64,000 nt of DNA from an uncultured Saprospiraceae bacterium (GCA_937944245.1 CALDYY010000016.1:10762-74761), one strand, 5' to 3'. Positions 21,948-31,679 are shown, counted from the stretch's first letter. Notes: a model not told the origin generated them from the letters alone. Translations and numbers: made by a program.

Positions 21948-22037
21948 CTAACTAATTTTATTGTAACAACACATTGCGTTTTTTTGTAAATGTGTTACTA
22001 TCTTTTTGTCAATAAAGTAATGCCAGTTTCCTATATA

Positions 22038-22077
22038 CGAAAAAAAGTCCGGCTAGTTCACAGACTAACAGGACTTT
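22038..22077 (-). terminator. putative terminator of the PspA-like operon
   Basis: On the minus strand, AAAGTCC-20 nt-GGACTTT is followed by TTTTTT. The large loop weakens the call. Confidence 0.4.
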
Positions 22078-22216
22078 AATGATTATTTATTTACAAATGA
22101 ACAGTATTTATTCAATTTATTGAAGAAATAACGATATTTATTTCTTAATCGTTAGGATTTTAACATAATTTTTTGCCCAGCATCAATTATACAGTTAGTT
22201 AGTGCCGTGCTATTTA

Positions 22217-22405
22217 CTATTCTTCCGAAGGGTTTTTGATAGCCGGCTCTTGCGTAGGTATTCGGTTTTGCTGTGGTGCATTTTCAATGATTTCTTTAAG
22301 CTCCGTGTTTTCTAGTAGCCATTTTACACCTAAGAAAATACCACCAGTAATGGCTAAGGCAATAATTAATCGAGCAAAAACAGTAAGTCTGCGTTTAACC
22401 GCCAT
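22217..22405 (-). CDS. small single-TM membrane protein
   Basis: 62 codons with the TM segment LTVFARLIIALAITGGIFLGVKWLL. It lies 44 nt downstream of the PspA-like gene. Confidence 0.5.
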   Translation of the reverse strand: MAVKRRLTVFARLIIALAITGGIFLGVKWLLENTELKEIIENAPQQNRIPTQEPAIKNPSEE

Positions 22406-22449
22406 GATAATTAAGTTTTGTCTTGCTTACAAATAAAAGCAAATTTAGT

Positions 22450-23460
22450 TTAGAAATCAAAAAAATTATCGTAATGATTAGTGTGGGTTTCTTTGTCCTT
22501 TATTTTTTCTTTCCTCGACTGATTCAAGTCTAATAATTCTGGTTCTTCTCCAAATAGAATCGAATCTTTATCTGCACCTAGCATAATGGATACAGCTTCT
22601 TTTTCCCACTTTTCAAGCATTTGAACGCCTTTTTCTTCAAATATGCCATTTTGAACATCAATGGAATCCATAAAATTGGCAGAAACTTGCATGAAACGCT
22701 CCATTTCTCCCACTCTATTACTAATATCTTCTGTCATTGCTTCCATTGCTTCGTCGAATAATACCCTTTTATCGGGGTCGCCCGCAATGATACTTAATGC
22801 TGATTTCATAGCGGAGTTGCTGGCATGGATAGCAATGCGTTCTTGTTCTTTTAACATAACTTGGTCTTTCACATCCTCAACGAGTATTTCGGCATTAGTT
22901 GTCATTTTACTCAATACTCGATAAAGTGTTTGCATCTTTTGATACAATTCCTCAAGGCGCATATTTGATTCCTGCAATCGTCCTGCTTTTCTTGTTTTGA
23001 GCACCATTTGCGCTGCTGCTTCCTCTTTTCTAGCTTCTTTAGCTTCTATTAAATTAGTTTGTATTTGTTTATTGTTGTTGTGAATTAGTTCTTGGAGTTT
23101 GTGCATTTGCCCACGCAATTTAGCACTTTGCTTTTTCATGTTTTGCAATTTTTCCTGCAAATCGTTGATGTAATTTTTTACAATAGCAATAGGATCAACT
23201 TCTATAAACAAACTGGTAATCCGGCGCATGGCAGACTTGTAAAAATATACCATCAATGCACGAGTTTTTGGGTCTAAAACAGAAAAAAGTAGAAGTAGTG
23301 CAGTTAATCCTGAAGCAATGGCAATTGGCAATACATTCAAAAGTGGAATGATATTGATAATTCCAATGCTAATAAGTGCAGTTAGCACCACTAAAAAAAT
23401 GATACCTGTTTTGCCTTCGGGTTTCTTCCAAAATGTTTTTATTTTCTTTGTTTCTGGCAT
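22450..23460 (-). CDS. membrane-anchored PspA/IM30 (ESCRT-III superfamily)-like protein
   Basis: Two N-terminal TM helices followed by a coiled-coil region of about 220 aa. It starts EVDPIAIVKNYINDLQEKL, comparable to the AEDPEK..I.DM.E.L start of PspA/Vipp1. The C-terminal tail is acidic. Confidence 0.5.
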   Translation of the reverse strand: MPETKKIKTFWKKPEGKTGIIFLVVLTALISIGIINIIPLLNVLPIAIASGLTALLLLFSVLDPKTRALMVYFYKSAMRRITSLFIEVDPIAIVKNYINDLQEKLQNMKKQSAKLRGQMHKLQELIHNNNKQIQTNLIEAKEARKEEAAAQMVLKTRKAGRLQESNMRLEELYQKMQTLYRVLSKMTTNAEILVEDVKDQVMLKEQERIAIHASNSAMKSALSIIAGDPDKRVLFDEAMEAMTEDISNRVGEMERFMQVSANFMDSIDVQNGIFEEKGVQMLEKWEKEAVSIMLGADKDSILFGEEPELLDLNQSRKEKIKDKETHTNHYDNFFDF

Positions 23461-23486
23461 AAGTTTTAGTGTTTTATCTCATTTTT

Positions 23487-24128
23487 TTAATTAAGGTACT
23501 GCTTTATTTTATGCATGTCCGATTCAATTTGAGCAATTAGAGCATAATGGGCTGCAGAAAAGTCATTTTTTGTATTTACAATCTTGTTAGTTGCTTCTTC
23601 CAGTTCAGTTTTAAGTTGTGCTACCCGTGCTTGGTACGCTTCTACTTCTGTGGTTAGTTCCTTTATTTGCTGCACCTTTTGATAAATCGTTTGCTCAAAT
23701 GCTTCTGCTTGCTTAACTTTAGTGTCAATCTGCCGCTCTTTTTGCTGCGATAAAGCTCGCTCAAATTTTTGTTCTTCTTGCTGTAATACACTCAAATAGT
23801 GTTGTGCCGTTTGCAATAATTTTTCTTTGGAAATCCCCATTGTTTGTGCTACCGCAAAAGCAGACTTGAAGCGCATAGCTTCATCTTGTGATAAGTCTCC
23901 TAGCGACTGTAAAGAACGTTTAAATTCCAGATAATCGAATCCCTCTAAATTGTTGCGGTCAATTGCTCCTAATAGCGCATCCACAAATGGGGACGATTCA
24001 TCTACTATTGGCGGAATCTTCTTTTCAGGAACGCCATCTTTTATCCTTTCTCTTTGGGGATTAGATACGGATTTTGAACTTTTATCTTCTTCTTCAATAA
24101 TAAATAGCGATTTTATTTTTTTCAGCAT
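23487..24128 (-). CDS. coiled-coil hypothetical protein
   Basis: 213 codons with a disordered K/E/S-rich N-terminus and a long heptad-like C-terminal half. It lies 26 nt upstream of the PspA-like gene. Confidence 0.6.
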   Translation of the reverse strand: MLKKIKSLFIIEEEDKSSKSVSNPQRERIKDGVPEKKIPPIVDESSPFVDALLGAIDRNNLEGFDYLEFKRSLQSLGDLSQDEAMRFKSAFAVAQTMGISKEKLLQTAQHYLSVLQQEEQKFERALSQQKERQIDTKVKQAEAFEQTIYQKVQQIKELTTEVEAYQARVAQLKTELEEATNKIVNTKNDFSAAHYALIAQIESDMHKIKQYLN

Positions 24129-24393
24129 AAGTGTTTTTTATCCATTGATTACACAATAGTAAAAATTGAACACTATCAAAAGTTTTGATTAATCGCTGAA
24201 TACACTAAAATTTTATATGAATGGTCAAAAAAATGGTGTTTGAGGGAAAAGATATAAATGCCTCAATTATTAGAATGGTTGTTTGCTGATGAGTTAGAAG
24301 CTAATCTCCATACCTGTTTACAGTGATATTGAAATTTTAACTAAAGTTAATGCTGCGTTTATTCAAATTAGTTGTATCATTGCAGTATAAAGA

Positions 24394-24429
24394 CAAAACA
24401 AAAAAAGCTAGAAGGAAAATGCTTCTAGC
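24394..24429 (-). terminator. intrinsic terminator (distal of a tandem pair)
   Basis: On the minus strand, GCTAGAAG-7 nt-CTTCTAGC is followed by TTTTTTTGTTTTG. Confidence 0.7.
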
Positions 24430-24482
24430 CATCATACCATAATCGGTTTTTTATATAAAGACACTAGCAATCGTCAGTTTAG

Positions 24483-24519
24483 AAAAAAAAGTACCTTGTT
24501 CAAGGCGAGAACAAGGTAC
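24483..24519 (-). terminator. intrinsic terminator (proximal of a tandem pair)
   Basis: On the minus strand, a perfect 11-bp stem GTACCTTGTTC-7 nt-GAACAAGGTAC is followed by TTTTTTTT. Confidence 0.8.
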
Positions 24520-24560
24520 GGATTCAACAAGTTATAATCTCATGAAAAAGAACGAATTTT

Positions 24561-24576
24561 ACCTAAAATTTTAGGT
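24561..24576. repeat. perfect 16-bp palindrome ACCTAAAATTTTAGGT
   Basis: Read directly. It lies between the micro-ORF and the proximal terminator. Confidence 0.9.
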
Positions 24577-24620
24577 TTTTTGGGCGGCTTGCAACAGTTT
24601 TATAAAAAGGCGAATTTTTA

Positions 24621-24695
24621 TCAATTTCTCAAACTCCAAGTTAGTGCAGTATTTCCACTTCTGTAATTTGTTCGTGGGATTACCTCTGTTTCCAT
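24621..24695 (-). CDS. candidate 24-codon micro-ORF (METEVIPRTNYRSGNTALTWSLRN), or part of an sRNA
   Basis: This is the only ATG-to-stop ORF I found by eye on the minus strand between about 24520 and 24760, the stretch immediately upstream of the two terminators. There is no homology evidence. Confidence 0.2.
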   Translation of the reverse strand: METEVIPRTNYRSGNTALTWSLRN

Positions 24696-24925
24696 AGCTG
24701 CTACTCGGAGTATATATCTCGTTAAGATACGTTATAAAGGTGGTAATTAGATTTCTTGTATTAGTTAAAAATGTAAACTAACAATAATTGTAATCAACTT
24801 CCTTTTGACATATCATCAAGAAATTCCTTTTTTTGTCAAATCATTTCCCACTTTCTTGCTCTCCTAATCATTATCTCTTTTGATGATACAAATATGCGGT
24901 AGGTAATTAGAAGAAAAAAAGACAA

Positions 24926-24958
24926 AAAATCTACTTTGTTGATAGGAAAATCTACTTT
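24926..24958. repeat. direct repeat AAAATCTACTTT x2, starts 21 bp apart
   Basis: Copies at 24926-24937 and 24947-24958, read directly. Confidence 0.85.
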
Positions 24959-25352
24959 TAAAAGCCTGGATTATATTAAAATAAGCGTTTTTAGATTTTG
25001 AATCGGTCATTTTTGTTGAATAGATTATTTTTTAGAAAAATTTTACTAACATTTTTTTTATTTTAAAAGATAGACCACCTTTTATAAAAAAAGTAAAATT
25101 ATGTCAACTTTAGTTGATTTTCTTTGTGATTAATTGATGCTTTTTTGTAGCAAATTGCTATCTTAATCGTTATGATATAATAGTGTACTTAAATGTAAAG
25201 CATTAGATTGACTTTCCCTAAAAATCATTTAAGCTACGCGAAACAAGTATGAAACAACAATTACTAACTCAACAATAAACGAACATTAACTATTGACGCT
25301 TTCCAAATGTTAGTTATAGTTAATCACTTTATTGATTAAAACACAAAATACT

Positions 25353-27608
25353 ATGGCGGAGGTAATGAGCGGTGGTGGCGTTTTTGCCACATCAGCAGAA
25401 GAAAAAGATAACTACTACCAAGTCCTTGTAAAAGAGCGTTTCAATAGTTTGCTGTTACTCATGGACAACAAAATGGATGATGTTGATAAGCGCAACGTGC
25501 AACTAGCGTTTGAGATTGCTTTGGAAGCGCATAAGCAACAGAAGCGCAAAACAGGAGAACCTTACATCTTACATCCTATTGAAGTAGCAAGAATTTGTGT
25601 AGAAGAAATTGGCTTAGGTGCTACATCGGTCATTTGTGCACTTTTGCACGACGTTGTAGAAGATAGCAGTGTAACGTTGCAGGAAATTAGCGAAAAATTT
25701 GGAGAAAAAGGTGAACGCATCGCTACCATAGTAGATGGGTTGACCAAGTTGGATATAGAAGATGCTAACGTCAACAAGCAGACAGAGAACTTTCGTAAGG
25801 TACTCGGAACACTCATCAATGACGTTAGGGTTGTACTAATAAAAATGGCAGACCGTCTGCACAATATGCGTACATTGGAAGCCATGTCCCCGATTCAGCA
25901 GGTGAAAATAGCTTCGGAAACAAGTTTTATTTATGCGCCTTTGGCAGGTCGTTTAGGGCTATATAAGATTAAAACCGAATTTGATGACTTGTGCATGAAA
26001 ATTGTGGATGCCGAAAATTATCAATATGTAGCTAAAAAAATCAACGAAACAAAGAAAGCTCGCCAAGAATATATTGAACGATTTATCAAACCTTTAAAGG
26101 AGCAACTTTCAAAAGAAACAAATTTTAAGTTCAGAATAACAGGACGACCAAAATCAATTAGTTCTATTTACAATAAGATAAAAAAGAAGAAAGTCGCTTT
26201 TGAACAAATATATGACCTTTTTGCCATTAGGGTGATTCTTGATTTGGGCGATCAGGTAACAGAGGCTTATGAAAGAATGTGTTGTTGGCAAGTTTATGCT
26301 ATTGTTTCTAACATTTATACTGCTTTGCCAGAAAGAACGAAGGATTTCATCAACTTGCCCAAAAGTAATGGTTATCAATCGTTGCACACCACAGTAGTAG
26401 GACCTGATGGACGTTTTGTAGAGGTACAGATTAGAACAGAGCAAATGAATGAAATTGCAGAGCGAGGGTTTGCTGCACATTGGAAGTATAAAGGAACTTC
26501 TTCTCAATCAGATGTTTATGACGTTTGGTTGGAAAGCATAAGAGATATTTTAGAAGACAATAATACTAATTCATTAGAGTTGTTGTATGATTTTAAAAAT
26601 AGTTTATTTCAAGATGAGGTTCATGTGTTCACGCCAAAGGGAGAAATGAAACGCCTTCCCAAAGGTGCAACAGCGCTTGATTTTGCTTATTCTATTCACT
26701 CTGATATAGGTAATCAGTGTGGGTTAGTGAGAATTAATAACCGAGTTGTGCCAATTTCAACGGAACTAAAGAACAGCGATCAAATTGAAATTATCACAAA
26801 ACCAAACCAGAAGCCAAGTCGAGACTGGCTTCAAATGGTGACTACCACTCTGGCAAAAAATAAAATAAGAAGTGCGCTCAAAGAGGAACAATATAAACTG
26901 GCGCAACTGGGGAAAGAAATGTTGGAGCGGAAATTGAGCCATCTGAAAGTAAATTTTGAAGAAAGCATTGAGTTGCTTGTTAAGCATTTTAATTACAAAT
27001 CTGCCCAAGATTTGTATGCTGACTTATTCAACCAAGATATAACTATTGCTGAGATATTCAGAGAATTTAAAGTAGAACAGGGTAAGATTGTCTTTAAAGT
27101 AGCACAAGAAGAAGGTACTAAAGTTGTGCCACTAGCAACAAGACAAACTTCCTCAAAATTAGGTCTTTACATCAATAAAGAACCAGCTGAACAGTACAAG
27201 TATCAACTCGCTTCTTGCTGTAATCCTGTGCAAGGCGATCAAGTTTTTGCATACATTACAGTTAATTCTGGGTTAAAAGTTCATCGAGTAAGTTGCCAGA
27301 ATGCAGAATATCTGATGGCAAATTATGCTCATCGTATAATGCCTGCTGAATGGTTGACCACGAGCGATTCTTCGTTTATTGCTAATTTAAGAATCACAGG
27401 TATTGACACAGGAACAGGGGTGATTGAGCGTATGATTAACGAAATATCTAATAATTTAGGGTTGAATATTCGCTCTTTTACTATCTCTGCACCCAACGGT
27501 TACTTTAAAGCGGAACTAAGCCTAATGGTTCAGAACATTAAGCAATTAAGCAGGGCTATCAACAGTATCAAAAACCTTGAAAACGTTAATGGTGTTTACA
27601 GGGATTAG
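25353..27608 (+). CDS. bifunctional RelA/SpoT-family (p)ppGpp synthetase/hydrolase
   Basis: HD domain (HPIEVA...LLHDVVEDS), a synthetase region (YQSLHTTV, VEVQIRT), and TGS and ACT-like C-terminal domains. The start is probably the ATG at 25353. Confidence 0.93.
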   Translation: MAEVMSGGGVFATSAEEKDNYYQVLVKERFNSLLLLMDNKMDDVDKRNVQLAFEIALEAHKQQKRKTGEPYILHPIEVARICVEEIGLGATSVICALLHDVVEDSSVTLQEISEKFGEKGERIATIVDGLTKLDIEDANVNKQTENFRKVLGTLINDVRVVLIKMADRLHNMRTLEAMSPIQQVKIASETSFIYAPLAGRLGLYKIKTEFDDLCMKIVDAENYQYVAKKINETKKARQEYIERFIKPLKEQLSKETNFKFRITGRPKSISSIYNKIKKKKVAFEQIYDLFAIRVILDLGDQVTEAYERMCCWQVYAIVSNIYTALPERTKDFINLPKSNGYQSLHTTVVGPDGRFVEVQIRTEQMNEIAERGFAAHWKYKGTSSQSDVYDVWLESIRDILEDNNTNSLELLYDFKNSLFQDEVHVFTPKGEMKRLPKGATALDFAYSIHSDIGNQCGLVRINNRVVPISTELKNSDQIEIITKPNQKPSRDWLQMVTTTLAKNKIRSALKEEQYKLAQLGKEMLERKLSHLKVNFEESIELLVKHFNYKSAQDLYADLFNQDITIAEIFREFKVEQGKIVFKVAQEEGTKVVPLATRQTSSKLGLYINKEPAEQYKYQLASCCNPVQGDQVFAYITVNSGLKVHRVSCQNAEYLMANYAHRIMPAEWLTTSDSSFIANLRITGIDTGTGVIERMINEISNNLGLNIRSFTISAPNGYFKAELSLMVQNIKQLSRAINSIKNLENVNGVYRD

Positions 27609-27637
27609 AAGCATTGATTGAATTGAAATTAAATACT

Positions 27638-28120
27638 ATGCAGCAGCCAATTAGCGAATCAGTAATACAGGAAGTTAAAAATATTTTTTCAGCGTATTTA
27701 GAAACAAACCAATTTCGCAAAACACCAGAGCGCTATGCTATTTTAGAAGAAATCTATCGAAGAAGCGATCACTTTGATGCCGAAGCACTTTACATACATA
27801 TGAAAAATCAAAGTTATCGAGTGAGCCGAGCCACCGTTTACAATACATTGGAACTTTTAGTGAATTGTGATTTGGTTAAGAAGCATCAATTTGGTAAAAA
27901 CTTGGCGCAATATGAGAAATCATACGGTTACAAACAGCATGACCATTTAATTTGTGTGGATTGCGGTAAAGTGCTTGAGTTTTGCGACCCAAGAATCCAG
28001 CAAATAAAAGATATGATGGGGGAATTGTTGCACTTCAGAGTAACGCATCATGCGCTTAATTTGTATGGCAAATGTGATGGGGCTTGCCCTAGAATGATGG
28101 CTAAGAACGTAAATAAATAA
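27638..28120 (+). CDS. Fur-family metalloregulator
   Basis: HDHLICVDCGKVLEF and a C-terminal CDGAC cysteine pair. It starts 6-30 nt after the relA/spoT stop. Confidence 0.85.
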   Translation: MQQPISESVIQEVKNIFSAYLETNQFRKTPERYAILEEIYRRSDHFDAEALYIHMKNQSYRVSRATVYNTLELLVNCDLVKKHQFGKNLAQYEKSYGYKQHDHLICVDCGKVLEFCDPRIQQIKDMMGELLHFRVTHHALNLYGKCDGACPRMMAKNVNK

Positions 28121-28126
28121 TTCATA

Positions 28127-28546
28127 ATGAACGCAAATTCAGCAGCATGGGAAAATCATCCTATTGTACTTTTCGATGGTGTATGCAATTTATGTAATGG
28201 CTTTGTGCAATTTATCATAGAACGAGATAAGCAAGCAAAATTTAGGTTTGCATCTCTACAATCTGAAAGTGCGCAGCAATTATTAAAACACCAGACCAAT
28301 TACCTTAAATCTCTAGAAACAGTCGTGTTGATTGATAAAGGCGTTGTTTACACACACTCAGATGTGCCTCTGCAAATGGCTCAATTATTAGGTGGTTGGT
28401 GGAATTTTTTGTTAATAGGCAAGGTTATACCAAAGAAAATGCGCGACCAAATTTATAAATTTATTGCTAAAAATCGCTATCATTGGTTTGGAAAGCAGTC
28501 GGCTTGTTGGATTCCTACTCCAGAACTCAAAGCTCGTTTTCTGTAA
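28127..28546 (+). CDS. thiol-disulfide oxidoreductase, DCC family (DUF393)
   Basis: FDGVCNLCNGFVQF motif. Confidence 0.85.
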   Translation: MNANSAAWENHPIVLFDGVCNLCNGFVQFIIERDKQAKFRFASLQSESAQQLLKHQTNYLKSLETVVLIDKGVVYTHSDVPLQMAQLLGGWWNFLLIGKVIPKKMRDQIYKFIAKNRYHWFGKQSACWIPTPELKARFL

Positions 28547-28691
28547 TAAAATAAAACGCATTCAATATTTTCAGATTTTTTTGAACGAAAAACGTTTTTT
28601 GCCATTAACCTTATCATAAAAATTGCTGTTTTGATAATAGTTTGACTAATAATTTAACCGTACAACATAGAATTGAACTATATTTGCGCTT

Positions 28692-30485
28692 ATGAAGCAA
28701 GAAAATATTCGCAACTTTTGTGTCATTGCACACATTGACCACGGAAAAAGTACACTTTCTGACCGCTTGTTGGAATTTACGAAGACTATCTCCGAGCGAG
28801 ATATGCAAGATCAAGCTCTGGATGACATGGACTTAGAGCGCGAACGAGGCATTACCATAAAAAGTCATGCCATACAAATGAATTATTTACATACCAATGG
28901 GGAAACATATATTTTCAATATGATTGACACTCCTGGTCATGTTGATTTTTCCTATGAAGTTTCTCGCTCCATAGCTGCGTGTGAAGGTGCTTTACTGTTG
29001 GTAGATGCTTCACAAGGGATTCAAGCCCAAACGATTTCCAACCTTTACTTAGCTATCGAAAATGATTTGGATATCATTCCAATCCTCAATAAAGTGGATA
29101 TGGAAAGTGCTATGATAGAAGAAGTGTCTGACCAAATTATTGATTTAATTGGTTGTGATAGGTCTGAAATTATTTTAGCAAGTGGTAAAACTGGAATAGG
29201 TGTACCAGAAATATTAGCAGCAGTAGTAGATCGTATTCCTGCACCAAAAGGAGATAAAGATGCGCCGCTGCAAGCAATGATTTTCGATTCTGTATTCAAC
29301 TCTTTTAGAGGTGTAATTGCCTATTTTAAAATCATTAACGGAACAATTAAGAAAAACGATAAAGTAAAATTCATTAATACAGAAGCCGTTTATGAAGCCA
29401 ATGAAATCGGTGTATTAAAAATGACTTTACTACCACAGCAGGAACTATCTGCCGGTAATGTCGGATATATCATTACGGGTATAAAAGAATCGAAAGAAGT
29501 AAAAGTAGGGGATACCATCACCTTGCTAAACAACCCTGCTGAGCCTGCTAAAGGGTTTGAAGATGTAAAGCCAATGGTTTTTGCTGGTATTTTTCCTATT
29601 GAAAACGATGATTTCGAGAAATTACGCGACAGCTTAGAAAAGTTGCAGTTGAATGATGCTTCTTTAGTATTTGAGCCAGAAACATCTATTGCACTAGGTT
29701 TTGGATTTAGATGTGGCTTCTTGGGGATGTTACATCTAGAGATTGTTCAAGAGCGGCTTTCGAGAGAATTTGATATGGATGTTATCACAACTGTACCAAA
29801 CGTATCTTACTTTGCTTACACTACAAAAGGTGTAAAGTTGCTGATAAATACCCCTTCTGATTTACCTGAACCAACTCAAATATCAAGTGTAGAAGAGCCT
29901 TTCATTAGGGCACAAATCATCACAAAATCAGAATATGTTGGTCCAATTATGACTTTGTGCATGGACAAACGCGGTATTATGACGCATCAGTCTTACTTGA
30001 CACAAGACCGCGTAGAGCTAACATTTGAGTTACCGCTGGCGGAGATTGTATTTGATTTTTACGACCGTCTTAAATCTATTTCCAGAGGGTATGCTTCTTT
30101 TGATTATGCGCCGCTCGATTACAGAGCATCCGATTTAGTGCGACTTGATATTAAATTGAATGGTGAACCTGTGGATGCCCTATCTGCGCTGGTACATAGA
30201 AGCAAAGCAGAATCTTTCGGCAGAAAAATATGCATTCGCCTAAAAGAATTGCTGCCACGTCAACAGTTTCTAATCGCTATTCAGGCAGCGATTGGTGCAA
30301 AGATTATTGCTAGAGAAACAATATCCGCCTTGCGAAAAGATGTTACAGCAAAATGTTATGGTGGGGACATTACGCGCAAGCGAAAACTATTAGAGAAACA
30401 AAAAGAAGGAAAGAAGAAGATGCGCCAAATTGGTTCAGTAGAAGTTCCACAGAAAGCATTCTTAGATGTACTCAAATTGAATTAA
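28692..30485 (+). CDS. lepA: elongation factor 4
   Basis: [34 protein letters not shown] and the C-terminal LepA domain [22 protein letters not shown]. Confidence 0.97.
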   Translation: MKQENIRNFCVIAHIDHGKSTLSDRLLEFTKTISERDMQDQALDDMDLERERGITIKSHAIQMNYLHTNGETYIFNMIDTPGHVDFSYEVSRSIAACEGALLLVDASQGIQAQTISNLYLAIENDLDIIPILNKVDMESAMIEEVSDQIIDLIGCDRSEIILASGKTGIGVPEILAAVVDRIPAPKGDKDAPLQAMIFDSVFNSFRGVIAYFKIINGTIKKNDKVKFINTEAVYEANEIGVLKMTLLPQQELSAGNVGYIITGIKESKEVKVGDTITLLNNPAEPAKGFEDVKPMVFAGIFPIENDDFEKLRDSLEKLQLNDASLVFEPETSIALGFGFRCGFLGMLHLEIVQERLSREFDMDVITTVPNVSYFAYTTKGVKLLINTPSDLPEPTQISSVEEPFIRAQIITKSEYVGPIMTLCMDKRGIMTHQSYLTQDRVELTFELPLAEIVFDFYDRLKSISRGYASFDYAPLDYRASDLVRLDIKLNGEPVDALSALVHRSKAESFGRKICIRLKELLPRQQFLIAIQAAIGAKIIARETISALRKDVTAKCYGGDITRKRKLLEKQKEGKKKMRQIGSVEVPQKAFLDVLKLN

Positions 30486-30501
30486 CCTTTGTTTTAAGTT
30501 G

Positions 30502-30530
30502 GCAGGCTTTTGAGCAATTCAAAAGCCTGC
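30502..30530 (+). terminator. terminator after lepA
   Basis: 12-bp stem GCAGGCTTTTGA-5 nt-TCAAAAGCCTGC. Confidence 0.6.
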
Positions 30531-30652
30531 TAACGTATGTTTATTATCCTCTCTTTTTCAGCTACATACATTCTTCGAGTTAAAACAAGGTCAAAAAAAT
30601 TACTGTTTCTCAATCAATTACGATATAAATTCCAAAAAAAAATAATCAAAAA

Positions 30653-30683
30653 TTTGTTTTTAAAAGGAAGAACATTACTTTTG
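30653..30683 (+). promoter_or_regulatory. Bacteroidota-type promoter for the rplM operon
   Basis: TTTG (30653-30656), 19 nt, then TACTTTTG (30676-30683). This matches the published TTTG / TAnnTTTG consensus. It sits about 58 nt upstream of the rplM ATG. Confidence 0.5.
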
Positions 30684-30741
30684 CAACCGCTTTTGGAGCG
30701 ACACGATATTCATTCAATAGAATTGATAGAAAGAAAAAGTA

Positions 30742-31203
30742 ATGGGATTAAATACGTTAAGTTACAAAACTGTTTCTGCAAAAAAAGAAACAGTAGAACA
30801 TAAGTGGTATGTTGTTGATGCCAGTGGGCAGATAGCAGGACGCTTATTTTCAAGAGTGGCATCTGTTTTAAGAGGCAAACACCGCCCTGATTATACTCCT
30901 CATGTTGATTGTGGGGACTATGTAATAGTCATTAATGCAGATAAAATACGCTTCACAGGTAGTAAACTAGATAAGAAAGAATACGTCACTTTCTCTGGGT
31001 ATCCTGGTGGTCAAAAAAGAATAGTAGCTAAGGATTTATTAAGCAAAAAGCCGAGAAGACTTACTGAAATAGGTGTAAGAGGTATGCTTCCAAAGAACCG
31101 TCTAGGGCGGATGATGATTAAAAAGCTTTTTGTTTACGAAGGGGCAGAGCATCCACATGAAGCACAAAAGCCAGAGGAATTTAATTTTTATTCTAACAAG
31201 TAA
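30742..31203 (+). CDS. rplM: 50S ribosomal protein L13
   Basis: KWYVVDASGQIAGRLFSRVASVLRGKH...GMLPKN. Confidence 0.95.
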   Translation: MGLNTLSYKTVSAKKETVEHKWYVVDASGQIAGRLFSRVASVLRGKHRPDYTPHVDCGDYVIVINADKIRFTGSKLDKKEYVTFSGYPGGQKRIVAKDLLSKKPRRLTEIGVRGMLPKNRLGRMMIKKLFVYEGAEHPHEAQKPEEFNFYSNK

Positions 31204-31224
31204 TCAAGTAACAGCATCTCTTAT

Positions 31225-31611
31225 ATGGAAATGATTAATGCAGTTGGACGGAGAAAAGCATCTGTTGCGAGAGTATATCTAATGAAAGGTCAAGGAAAAA
31301 TAACCATCAACGATAAAGACCTTAAAGACTACTTTCCAAGTCATGTTATGTTAAACGTGACAGATCCTTTTGTAACAGCAGATATTGACGGTAACATTTA
31401 TGATTTAAAAGTAAATGTGAAAGGTGGAGGATTTAAAGGACAAGCAGAAGCCATTCGTATGGGCATATCCAGATGCTTGGTGAAGTTAAGTGAAGACTTC
31501 AGAAAACCTTTAAAAGTGAAAAAATATTTGACTAGAGATTCTAGAGAGGTGGAACGTAAGAAATACGGTAAGCCAAAAGCGAGAAGAAGTTTTCAATTCT
31601 CCAAGCGTTAA
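31225..31611 (+). CDS. rpsI: 30S ribosomal protein S9
   Basis: GRRKASVARVYL...GGGFKGQAEAIRMGISR...KPKARRSFQFSKR. Confidence 0.95.
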   Translation: MEMINAVGRRKASVARVYLMKGQGKITINDKDLKDYFPSHVMLNVTDPFVTADIDGNIYDLKVNVKGGGFKGQAEAIRMGISRCLVKLSEDFRKPLKVKKYLTRDSREVERKKYGKPKARRSFQFSKR

Positions 31612-31679
31612 TTCATTATTTATTGCTGAATACTACACGCTAAGTATTGTGTTGTAGTTATAGGCGAAAAAAAAAGACA

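Noticed and set aside
22044-22077. AAAGTCCGG string reminiscent of the RNase P RNA conserved GGAAAGUCCGG region
   Set aside because: Only about 9 nt match and none of the other universally conserved RNase P blocks are nearby. It is better explained as a terminator hairpin followed by a T-run on the minus strand.
28679-28686. Perfect TATATTTG (-7 box consensus) 5 nt upstream of the lepA ATG, implying a leaderless mRNA
   Set aside because: There is no TTTG -33 element at the expected 19-21-nt spacing, and a single 8-mer in AT-rich DNA can arise by chance. It is noted but not called as a promoter.
30537-30803. 88-codon ORF overlapping the rplM start
   Set aside because: It covers the lepA terminator and the rplM promoter (TTTG-N19-TACTTTTG) and reads as low-complexity K/L-rich sequence. 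It is spurious.
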